NCBI GenBank assembly: GCA_036555755.1
Contig: DATBKS010000246.1
Location: 1,833 to 65,832 of the forward strand
Direction of reading: 5' to 3'
Source: Thermoleophilaceae bacterium
GTDB taxonomy: Bacteria > Actinomycetota > Thermoleophilia > Solirubrobacterales > Thermoleophilaceae
Length of the DNA stretch: 64,000 nt
Part shown: piece after piece, positions 36,915 to 44,424 of the stretch
How the letters are laid out: the number at the start of each line of letters is the position of its first letter
Position numbering within the stretch: the first letter of the stretch is position 1
Translations under genes and position numbers: made by a program
The notes under the pieces: model-generated
Database searches by the model: none
Told to the model about the DNA's origin: nothing
The model's input: the letters and a program-made list of their open reading frames with translations, nothing else

Positions 36915-38482
36915 GCGCTCACCTCCGCGCCGCCCATCAGCATGCCGACCGTCTCCGGGTCGGCCTGCCCGCCGTCCAGGATGCGCAGGAAGCGCCCGCC
37001 GACCATCACCGCGAAGCGGTCGGCCATCGTGAAGATCTCGTCGAGCTCGAACGAGATCAGGAGGATCGCCCCGCCGGCCTTCTTCTTCTCGTTGAGCTCG
37101 TTGTAGACGAACTCGATCGCGCCGACGTCGAGCCCGCGGGTGGGCTGGAAGGCGATCACGAGGCGCGGATCGCGGCTCAGCTCACGCGCCAGGACCAGCT
37201 TCTGCTGGTTGCCGCCTGACAGCATGCGCGCCGGCACCGAGGTGTTGGGTGTCTTGACGTCGTAGGTGCGGATGAGCTCCTCGGAGTGCTTGCGCGCGGC
37301 GTCGAAATTGATCACCCCGCGCTTCGAGTACTGCGCGCTCTGGTACTCCTTCATCAGGAGGTTGTCGAGCACGCTCAGCTCGAGCGCGACGCCCTCGTGG
37401 TGGCGGTCCTCCGGCACCAACGCGCCGCCGGCCGCGGTGAAGCTCGCCGGGTCGATGCTCGTGAGCGGCTCGCCGTCCAGCTCGATCTGGCCCGAGGTGG
37501 GATGCCGCATGCCGATCAGGGTCTCCACGAGCTCGGTCTGGCCGTTGCCGGCCACGCCCGCCACGCCGAACACCTCGCCTTCGCAGATCTGGAAGTTGAT
37601 GTTGCCGAGCACGGTGTGACCGTCCTCGTCGGACTCCATGTAGAGGTCCTTCACCTCGAGCACCGGCCTGCCGCGCGGCACCGTCGGGCGCTCGACGCGC
37701 AGGGTCACCTCGCGGCCCACCATCATCCGGGCGAGCGCCGGCTTGTCGGTCTCCTCGATGTTCACGGTGTCGACGACGCGCCCGTCGCGCAGCACGGTGC
37801 AGCGGTCGACCAGGCCGAACAGCTCGTCGAGCTTGTGCGTGATGAAGATGACGGAGCTGCCTTCGTCCGCCATGTTGCGGAGGAACAGCGACAGCTCGTG
37901 CCACTCGGTCGGCGTCAGCGCCGCCGTCGGCTCGTCGAGGATGAGGATCTCGGCGCCCCGGTAGAGCAGCTTGAGGATCTCCACGCGCTGCCGGGTGCCC
38001 ACCGTGAGGTCACCGATCACGGCACTCGGATCCACCGCCAGCCCGAACCGATTCGACAGCTTCGAGACCTCGGCTTCGACCTCCTTCAGGCGCGACAGGC
38101 CCGGCGTGCGCGACGGTCCCAGCGCGATGTTCTCGGCCACCGTCATGTCCGGGACGAGCATGAAGTGCTGGTGCACCATGCCGAGCCCCAGCTCGAGCGC
38201 GTGCTGGGGGCTGCCGATCTCGACCTGCTTGCCGTTGACGTAGATCTCGCCGCCGTCGGGCTTGTAGAGCCCGTAGACGATGTTCATCAGCGTCGACTTG
38301 CCGGCGCCGTTCTCACCCAGGAGGCCCAGGACCTCGCCCTTGCGCAGCTCAAGCGAGACCCGGTCGTTGGCGAGCACGCCGGGAAACGTCTTCGTGATGT
38401 CGACGAGCCGCAGCGCCGGCTCGCCGTCGTCCGGCGTGCCGGCCTTCGGCGCGGGCTCTGGTTGGACCGATGGGGACTCCAC
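36911..38482 (-). CDS. ABC transporter ATP-binding protein with duplicated NBD
   Basis: Track ORF 36911..38533. I prefer GTG at residue 18 (38482), which has GAGGGAAG 6 nt upstream, because the ATG at 38533 sits in the loop of a 13-bp hairpin. Walker A motifs GENGAGKSTL and GVAGNGQTEL. Signature LSGGNQQK. Confidence 0.8.
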   Translation of the reverse strand: MESPSVQPEPAPKAGTPDDGEPALRLVDITKTFPGVLANDRVSLELRKGEVLGLLGENGAGKSTLMNIVYGLYKPDGGEIYVNGKQVEIGSPQHALELGLGMVHQHFMLVPDMTVAENIALGPSRTPGLSRLKEVEAEVSKLSNRFGLAVDPSAVIGDLTVGTRQRVEILKLLYRGAEILILDEPTAALTPTEWHELSLFLRNMADEGSSVIFITHKLDELFGLVDRCTVLRDGRVVDTVNIEETDKPALARMMVGREVTLRVERPTVPRGRPVLEVKDLYMESDEDGHTVLGNINFQICEGEVFGVAGVAGNGQTELVETLIGMRHPTSGQIELDGEPLTSIDPASFTAAGGALVPEDRHHEGVALELSVLDNLLMKEYQSAQYSKRGVINFDAARKHSEELIRTYDVKTPNTSVPARMLSGGNQQKLVLARELSRDPRLVIAFQPTRGLDVGAIEFVYNELNEKKKAGGAILLISFELDEIFTMADRFAVMVGGRFLRILDGGQADPETVGMLMGGAEVSA

Positions 38483-38517
38483 GCTCAGCTTCCCTCGATG
38501 AGACGCACACGAAAGCC

Positions 38518-38552
38518 GGGAGGCTTCCGGCATACGTTCCCGGAAGCCCCCC
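38518..38552 (-). terminator. Intercistronic hairpin between the binding-protein and ATPase genes (attenuator/stabiliser candidate)
   Basis: GGGAGGCTTCCGG (38518-38530) pairs with CCGGAAGCCCCCC (38540-52) with one mismatch and a 9-nt loop. On the mRNA it is followed by GGCUUUCGUGU. Confidence 0.5.
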
Positions 38553-38604
38553 GAATGCGCAATGTCGTCCCCGAAATCACCGCGCGTGTGTTACCGCCCC
38601 GTCG

Positions 38605-39753
38605 CTAACCGGTAGCGCCGGCGTTCTGGACCGGGCCGTCGAAGCCCTCCTGGTACGGGTACTTCGGCCGCGGGTTGATCGCGCTGGCGGGCAGCTTGAT
38701 CTCGCCGCTGTTGACCTTTGCGATGGTCTGGGCGTTGGCCTTCTGGATATCCGGCATGGCCTTGTACTTCGGGCACAGCAGCAGGGTCTGCAGGCTCGGA
38801 TCCTGGAGGTCCAGGAACACGGTGCCCGGCTTGAGCGTGCCCTTGTAGTAGCGGTCCAGCATCAGGCTGGTCGCTGCCACGTTGTTGACGACCTCGGTGC
38901 CCACGATGTTGTCGTAGGAGGTGCAGTCCGGGATCGTCAGCTTGAACATCGCCGGATCCTTGCCCGACTCCTTGCCGGCGGCGTACGAGCCCGCGATGCC
39001 GGCGTCGAGGAACGGGAAGACCACGTCGGCCTTGTCGGTGATCATCGCCGCGGTGGCGGCCTTGGCCTTCGCCACGTCGTTGAAGTCACCCACGATGTTG
39101 GTCAGCACCTTGATGCTGGGGTCGACGCTCTTGGCCCCGGCGGCGAAGCCGGCGGCTGCCTGCGTGGTCGGCGGGATCTCCGCGCCGCCCACGTAGCCGA
39201 TGACCTTTGACTTGGTCAGGTGGGCCGCGTCGACTCCCGCGACGTATGCGGGCGCGCCCCAGTCGTTGGCGAAGCCAGTCACGTTCTTGTGGTACTGGGC
39301 TGTTGCCCCGGCGACGTCGACGAAGTACTTCGACGGGTACTTGGGAGCAAGCTGGTCGAAGATGGGGCCGAAGCTTGCGCTGACGCCCAGGATCACGTCG
39401 TTCAGCGGCGCGAGGGTGTTGATCGCGTCGGTGCGCTGCTGGTCCGTGGTCTTGTTCTCAAGGGTCGAAGTGAGCTGCAGGTTGGGGTTTTCCTTCTCAG
39501 CCTTCACGATGCCGGCGTAGGCCGCCTGGTTGAACGAGCCGTCGTTCTTGGGGCCGATGAGCGCTGCGCCGATCTTTACCTGCTTGCCCTGCTGGCCGGT
39601 GGTCGTCGACGACCCCGACGTGCTTGCGGCGCTCGTGCTCGCCGTGTTTGTGCTGCTGCTGCTACTGCCGCAGGCGGCCACCGTAAGGGCAACGGCCAGT
39701 ACGCCGAGCGCCACAATCAGCGAACGCCTACGACTCCGAGAACTCCTCCTCAT
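38605..39753 (-). CDS. BMP-family (PnrA-like) ABC substrate-binding lipoprotein
   Basis: 382 aa. Signal peptide with lipobox LTVAAC followed by a Ser/Thr-rich linker. BMP-family body. GGAGAAGGAG RBS. Confidence 0.85.
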   Translation of the reverse strand: MRRSSRSRRRSLIVALGVLAVALTVAACGSSSSSTNTASTSAASTSGSSTTTGQQGKQVKIGAALIGPKNDGSFNQAAYAGIVKAEKENPNLQLTSTLENKTTDQQRTDAINTLAPLNDVILGVSASFGPIFDQLAPKYPSKYFVDVAGATAQYHKNVTGFANDWGAPAYVAGVDAAHLTKSKVIGYVGGAEIPPTTQAAAGFAAGAKSVDPSIKVLTNIVGDFNDVAKAKAATAAMITDKADVVFPFLDAGIAGSYAAGKESGKDPAMFKLTIPDCTSYDNIVGTEVVNNVAATSLMLDRYYKGTLKPGTVFLDLQDPSLQTLLLCPKYKAMPDIQKANAQTIAKVNSGEIKLPASAINPRPKYPYQEGFDGPVQNAGATG

Positions 39754-39957
39754 GACCTATCTCCTTCTCCGGTCCGCGGCGCTTTGAGGCCCTCTTCCCA
39801 GGCCCCCCCGGCCGTCAGGCTAGCTGTACCACAAAAGTCCTACGAATGCCAAAGCGAAGTCGGTTAAGCCTTGCTAAGACTGTTGGCTCGGCCGGCCAGC
39901 TTGGCGGCGAGTATCACCGAGGCCTGAGGCCCTGTCATCGGGGCTGACCCGCTAGCG

Positions 39958-39975
39958 CGGAGGGTTTTCCCTCTG
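39958..39975. repeat. GGGTTTTCCC palindromic decamer (GCGGAGGGTTTTCCCTCT), 3' of the amidohydrolase gene
   Basis: The reverse complement AGAGGGAAAACCC is identical over 13 nt to 60525..60537. It can form a 5-bp hairpin. Confidence 0.4.
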
Positions 39976-39989
39976 TGCTTGCGCAGCGC

Positions 39990-40976
39990 CTAAATCTCGC
40001 CGTTGCCTAGCCCGAACAGGCGCTGTGCGTTCTCGCTTCGCACGGCCTTAACAACCGTGTCGGGAAAGCCCGATGCGTCGAGCGTGTCGAAGCTCCGCTG
40101 CGGGTCCCAGAAGGGATAGTCCGACCCGAACATGATGCGCTCGGGCCCCAGGAACTCGAGCGTGGAACGCAGCGCCGGAGGCCAGACGCACACCGAATCG
40201 GTGTAGATGAGCGCGAGCGCCTCGCTCGGCGGAACGGTCAGCTTGCCCGTGCCGCCGGGGGCGCGAGCGGCCTCGTAGTCGATGCGCCCGACCAGCTGTG
40301 GCACGAGGCTCGCCGAGTGGGCGAGGACGAGCTTGAAGTCCGGATGACGCTCGTACAGGCCGCCGAGCACCAGCCGCATCACCGCCGTCGTCGTGTCGAC
40401 CAGGAAGCCGAGCGTGGGAATGAGCGCATAGGCGTCGAGCGTCTTCGCGACCAGCGGATAGGTCGGGTGGATGTAGATGGGCACGCGCAAGGCCGCCGCC
40501 GTGTCGAACACCACCTCGAAGTCCGGATCGTCAAGCGGCGTCCCGGCGGCATTCGAGAAGATCATCGCCCCGACGGCGCCCTTCGACACCGCGCGTTCGA
40601 GTTCTGAAGCCGCGGCTTCTGGCGCTTGGAGCGGCAGCACGGCGAGAGCCGACAGGCGCTCCGGGTTCGAGCGCGCGACGTCGGTCAGCTCGTCGTTGAC
40701 GTCGTGCGCGATCGCCGGCGCGTCCTCGACGGGGAACCAATCGACTCCGGGGATGTTGGCGCCGAGCACCGCAACGTCGATCCCCTGCTCGTCCATGTTC
40801 CGGAAGCGGAGCGCGAGGTCCCGCATGTCGTCCTGCAGCGGGTGGATGTTGCCCTCGCCGTACTCGATCATCTTGCCCTGCGGGCCGTCGCTTATCCGAG
40901 GCAGCTCGCTGCGGCGCTCGAGCGCGGCGACCATGTTCCCGGGCAGGTAGTGCGTGTGAACGTCGATGGTCGTCAT
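39990..40976 (-). CDS. Amidohydrolase_2 (ACMSD-like decarboxylase/hydrolase) family protein
   Basis: Starts at Met162 of track ORF 39990..41459, in an ATGA overlap with the DUF1989 stop. Motifs MTTIDVHTHYLP and FGSDYPFWD. Confidence 0.85.
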   Translation of the reverse strand: MTTIDVHTHYLPGNMVAALERRSELPRISDGPQGKMIEYGEGNIHPLQDDMRDLALRFRNMDEQGIDVAVLGANIPGVDWFPVEDAPAIAHDVNDELTDVARSNPERLSALAVLPLQAPEAAASELERAVSKGAVGAMIFSNAAGTPLDDPDFEVVFDTAAALRVPIYIHPTYPLVAKTLDAYALIPTLGFLVDTTTAVMRLVLGGLYERHPDFKLVLAHSASLVPQLVGRIDYEAARAPGGTGKLTVPPSEALALIYTDSVCVWPPALRSTLEFLGPERIMFGSDYPFWDPQRSFDTLDASGFPDTVVKAVRSENAQRLFGLGNGEI

Positions 40977-42121
40977 GCGGCCTTTCCCGTGAAGTCGACG
41001 AAGGGGCGGCGAATGCGCGTCACGTGCGAGTTGCACCAGCGCATGAAGGCAGCGCGCACCGCCTCGCTTTCGTTGCGCCCGTAGACACCGGTTGCGATCA
41101 GCCCGTCCAGCAGCTGGTGCTCCTGGTCGCTCAGCTCGATATCCAGCGTCAGGGCGCCCGGCGCGGGGCGGTAATTCGGGACGTAGTCCGGATCCGCCGT
41201 CAGCCCGCGGGTAGCGAGCACCGGCGTTCCCTCGAGGTCGTCGGAGGTGACCTGACTCTCCATGCGGCCCCAGCGCTCCTCGATCGAGTCGACGAGCCGC
41301 TCGGTGTCCGGGGACGCCGAGTAGACCTCGAGCTTGATCGGGGTGACCGTGTAGTTGTTGATCCCGACGAGGTCCCCGAGCCCACAGATCACCGCCACGG
41401 CAAGCACGTCGAACATCGCCAGGAGATCGATGCGGTCGCCCTTCTGCGCGGGGTTCCACTTGAACTTGCGGCGGCCGCTGTCGTCGATGGTGGTGGCCAT
41501 CCAGAGGTTGAAGGAATCGTGCACGTCGTCCGGCGTCAGCCGGTACTCGCGCATCGCCTCGGCCAGCGAGTCCTGGCAGTTCGCGTGCGTTGTGAGGCCC
41601 CAGCCGAGCTCCTGGAGCACCCGGTTGCAGCGGTGTCCGACGATGTCGAGCTCACACGTGTCGGCGATCTCGAGAATCGAGAACATCGGCCGCCCGCGCG
41701 GGGCGTTCGTCCATATGAACTCCCCCTTGCGCGGGTCGAATGACTGGAAGCTCCTCGTGAAGCCGCAGTCGAGGAATTCCTTGTGGTCGTGGAGGTTGAA
41801 GGCGTTGAAGTCCACGCAGGTGCCCCCCTCGGCCTGCTCGATCCGCAGCACCTCGCCGCGCATCACCGGCACCGCCTTGCCCGTGATGGGCTCGAGCGTC
41901 AGCTCCCAGCGCTTCTCGCCGTAGGCCGGCATGGCGGTCTCCAGCACGTCGAGCTGCGCGCTGCCGCCGACGTAGCCGTCCGCGCCGCCGAGCCGGTCGT
42001 TCACGTGCTCCACGAGCACCGCACGCAGCGCCTCCTCGCGAGTCGCGCCGTGCCCGCCGTCCTGCACCACCCGGTCGAGGAAGCCGACCTGCGTGTCGTG
42101 GAGCTCAACGCTCGTCGCCAC
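40973..42121 (-). CDS. DUF1989 (urea-carboxylase-associated/carboxyguanidine-deiminase family) protein with ParD/RHH-like N- and C-terminal extensions
   Basis: 382 aa. DUF1989 core GEVLRIEQAEGGTCVDFNAFNLHDHKEFL...IVGHRCN...ANCQDSL. Extensions VGFLDRVVQDGGHGATREEALRAVLVEH and LSDQEHQLLDGLIATGVYGRNESEAVRAAFMRW. Confidence 0.8.
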   Translation of the reverse strand: MATSVELHDTQVGFLDRVVQDGGHGATREEALRAVLVEHVNDRLGGADGYVGGSAQLDVLETAMPAYGEKRWELTLEPITGKAVPVMRGEVLRIEQAEGGTCVDFNAFNLHDHKEFLDCGFTRSFQSFDPRKGEFIWTNAPRGRPMFSILEIADTCELDIVGHRCNRVLQELGWGLTTHANCQDSLAEAMREYRLTPDDVHDSFNLWMATTIDDSGRRKFKWNPAQKGDRIDLLAMFDVLAVAVICGLGDLVGINNYTVTPIKLEVYSASPDTERLVDSIEERWGRMESQVTSDDLEGTPVLATRGLTADPDYVPNYRPAPGALTLDIELSDQEHQLLDGLIATGVYGRNESEAVRAAFMRWCNSHVTRIRRPFVDFTGKAA

Positions 42122-42134
42122 CGAGCCGCCGCTC

Positions 42135-42932
42135 CTACAGGTCCATCAACGCCTTGCGCTGCGCACCGTCGATCGGGATGTGCGCGCCGTTTACGAAGCT
42201 CGCGCGCGGCGAGGCCAGGAAGGCGACCACGTTCGCCACCTCCTCGGGTTCGCAGATGCGCCCGAACGGAATGCTCGACACCGCGAGCTCGTGCGCGCGG
42301 GCCTGGTCCACGCCCTTGTCGCGGGCGAACGCCTTCTCGAGGCCATCCCAGCGATCGGTGTTCACGGGGCCCGGGTTGACCGTGTTGACCCTGACGCCGT
42401 AGCGGCCGTACTGCTCGGCCGCGGACGACGCGAAGTTGATGTCGGCGGCGTTGGCCGCACCGGCGGTGACCTCCCAGTAGCTCGGCTTCAGCCCGTCATT
42501 GCCGACCACGAGCACGATGCTGCCGCTGCCCCGCTCGCGCATGTGCGGGAGCACCGCCTTGCAGGAGCGGACGTAGCCCATGAACTTGAGGCCGAGGCTC
42601 ACGCGCCAGTGCTCCTCGGTCAGCTCCTCGATCAGGCCGCCGGGCGACGAGCCCGCGCACGTCACGAGGATGTCGATCTTGCCGAGAGCGTCGATCGCCT
42701 CCTTCACGACCCGTTCGACCTCGTCGGGGTCGCTCATGTCGCCAGCGATCGGAACGACCTTCTGGCCGGTGGCATCGGCCAGCTCCTTGGCCGTCTGCTC
42801 GAGATCCTCGGGTGTGCGCGCGTTGATCACGACGTCGCAGCCTTCCTCGGCGAGAGCGAGGGCGGACGCCCGTCCGATGCCCTTGCTCGCCCCTGTGACC
42901 AGCACGGTCGAGCCCTGCAAGCCGAGATCCAC
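42135..42932 (-). CDS. Short-chain dehydrogenase/reductase
   Basis: 265 aa. Cofactor motif VLVTGASKGIGRA. GTG start with GAAGGAGGAGAGG upstream. Confidence 0.9.
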   Translation of the reverse strand: MDLGLQGSTVLVTGASKGIGRASALALAEEGCDVVINARTPEDLEQTAKELADATGQKVVPIAGDMSDPDEVERVVKEAIDALGKIDILVTCAGSSPGGLIEELTEEHWRVSLGLKFMGYVRSCKAVLPHMRERGSGSIVLVVGNDGLKPSYWEVTAGAANAADINFASSAAEQYGRYGVRVNTVNPGPVNTDRWDGLEKAFARDKGVDQARAHELAVSSIPFGRICEPEEVANVVAFLASPRASFVNGAHIPIDGAQRKALMDL

Positions 42933-42954
42933 CCTCTCCTCCTTCGCTCGCTGC

Positions 42955-42982
42955 CGTTATATGTCCAACGTTATACGAAACG
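42955..42982 (-). promoter_or_regulatory. Degenerate copy of the AT-rich element (GTATAACGTTGGAC) with TATAACG direct repeats, upstream of the SDR-DUF1989-amidohydrolase genes
   Basis: The minus strand reads TTCGTATAACGTTGGACATATAACGG ~30 nt upstream of the SDR start. It matches GTATAAYGTTGGAC of the 22-nt element at 13/14 positions and overlaps the amidase stop codon. Confidence 0.55.
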
Positions 42983-44299
42983 AGGAAGGGCGGGAATCGC
43001 GGCCTCGGCGTCAGCCGCGAGCGCAAGCAGCTCCGCCTCGCGGTGAGCGCGTCCGAGCAGCTGCAGCCCCACCGGCAGCCCCGCCTCACCGGCGCCGCAC
43101 GGGAGCGACAGCGCCGGCTGGCCGGTGAGCGAGGCGAGCGAGGTGAACTCCGACTGGAGCGACTCCACCGCCCGCTCGCGCCCGTTGACCGTGACCCGCT
43201 CAACCCCTGCCGGCGTGGGTGTGACGGGAACCGTGGGCAGTGCGATGGCGTCGAGCCGCTCACGCTCGAACAGCTCCCTCACACGCGCGCACACGCGCAC
43301 GCGAGCCCGTTTCGCATGCAGATAGGCGGTTTGCCCGACCTCGGCGCCGGCCGTGAGCGCCGCCCGCACCGCCGGCCCGAAACCCTCGGGGTCGGCGCTC
43401 AGCTCCTCCCGCCAGGCCAGCGCGGCCTCGGCCATGATTGCGAGAACAGAGGCCGAGCCTGCGAGGCGCACGTCGGGCAGCCTCACCTCCACAAGGGTCA
43501 GCTCGAGCTGCTCGAACGCAGAGCCCACCGCGGCGGCCACGTCCGGCGCCGCCTGCCCGATCACGCCGTGGTCGACTCCGACCCGCCACTCCCTGCGCTC
43601 CGCCTCGGGGCCTGGGCTGAGCGCGGCCCAAGCGTGCACGGCAGTGGCGACGTCCGGCGTGAGCAGGCCGACCGTGTCCTGCGTCCACGCCAGCTCCGCC
43701 ACGCCCTCGCGGGACAGCGCCCCGCGCGTGGGCTTCAAGCCGACCACGCCACAGTGGGCGGCGGGTGCGCGGATGGACCCGTTCGTGTCGGTGCCGAGAG
43801 CGAGCGCGGTGATGCCGGCGCCGACGGCGGCCGCGGAGCCACCGCTCGAGCCGCCGGGGATGCGCGACGGGTCGCGTGGGTTGCGCGCGGCGGGAGTGGT
43901 CATGCCGTAGGCGAGCTCGTGCGTCGCGGTCTTGCCGACGATCACCGCGCCAGCGGCCGCAAGCGCCGAGCAGACTGGCGCGCTCGCGGCGGGGATGCGA
44001 TGGCCGGCACGCGGCGTGCCGAGCCGGGTGGGCACGCCTGCGACGTCGATCACGTCCTTGACTCCGAGTGGCAGGCCGGCCAGCGGGCCGCGGGCAGCGC
44101 CGGAGCGCAGGGACTCTTGCACGCGCTCGGCATGTTCGAGCGCGAACTCATGCGTGAGCTCGCTGAACGCGCCGATCGCCGGCTGCATCTGCGCCGCGCG
44201 GTCGAGCGCCGCCCGGGTCAGCTCCACCACGCCCACCTCGCCCCGATCGAGGGCGGCGCGCGCCAGCGCCGGGTCGGCGAGCAGCGGCGTCAGGGACAT
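42971..44299 (-). CDS. Amidase-signature family enzyme (GatA/AtzE/allophanate-hydrolase-like)
   Basis: 442 aa. Motifs LGVKDVIDVAG, GGSSGGSAAAV and GTDTNGSIRAPAA. Confidence 0.9.
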   Translation of the reverse strand: MSLTPLLADPALARAALDRGEVGVVELTRAALDRAAQMQPAIGAFSELTHEFALEHAERVQESLRSGAARGPLAGLPLGVKDVIDVAGVPTRLGTPRAGHRIPAASAPVCSALAAAGAVIVGKTATHELAYGMTTPAARNPRDPSRIPGGSSGGSAAAVGAGITALALGTDTNGSIRAPAAHCGVVGLKPTRGALSREGVAELAWTQDTVGLLTPDVATAVHAWAALSPGPEAERREWRVGVDHGVIGQAAPDVAAAVGSAFEQLELTLVEVRLPDVRLAGSASVLAIMAEAALAWREELSADPEGFGPAVRAALTAGAEVGQTAYLHAKRARVRVCARVRELFERERLDAIALPTVPVTPTPAGVERVTVNGRERAVESLQSEFTSLASLTGQPALSLPCGAGEAGLPVGLQLLGRAHREAELLALAADAEAAIPALPRFV

Positions 44300-44424
44300 G
44301 GGTCTGGGTCGAGCTCCAGCTCGGCCGGTCCCTCGTCCTCGGCCGCCGCCGCCAGCGCCTCGGACGCCCGCTCGACGAGCCTTCGGTAGGCGGCCAGCGC
44401 CTCCGCGAACTCGGCGTCGCTCAC
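44290..44424 (-). CDS. Unannotated 44-codon ORF coupled between the ligase and amidase genes (candidate small amidase partner)
   Basis: Below the ORF-track size cutoff. The GTG start forms a GTGA overlap with the ligase stop. The ORF ends 10 nt inside the amidase gene. It translates as (M)SDAEFAEALAAYRRLVERASEALAAAAEDEGPAELELDPDPCP. GC3 is about 39/44, as in real genes here. Confidence 0.5.
   Translation of the reverse strand: MSDAEFAEALAAYRRLVERASEALAAAAEDEGPAELELDPDPCP

Noticed and set aside
39846-39947. 33-codon plus-strand ORF starting with the shared ATGCCAAAG in the long intergenic region
   Set aside because: GC3 is only ~60%, versus ~90% in real genes here. There is no RBS or conservation evidence, so I treat it as non-coding.
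39754-39989. Purine, guanidine or Moco riboswitch in the long 5' region of the BMP operon
   Set aside because: I could not find the conserved cores of these riboswitch classes by eye. This needs an Infernal/Rfam scan before any claim.
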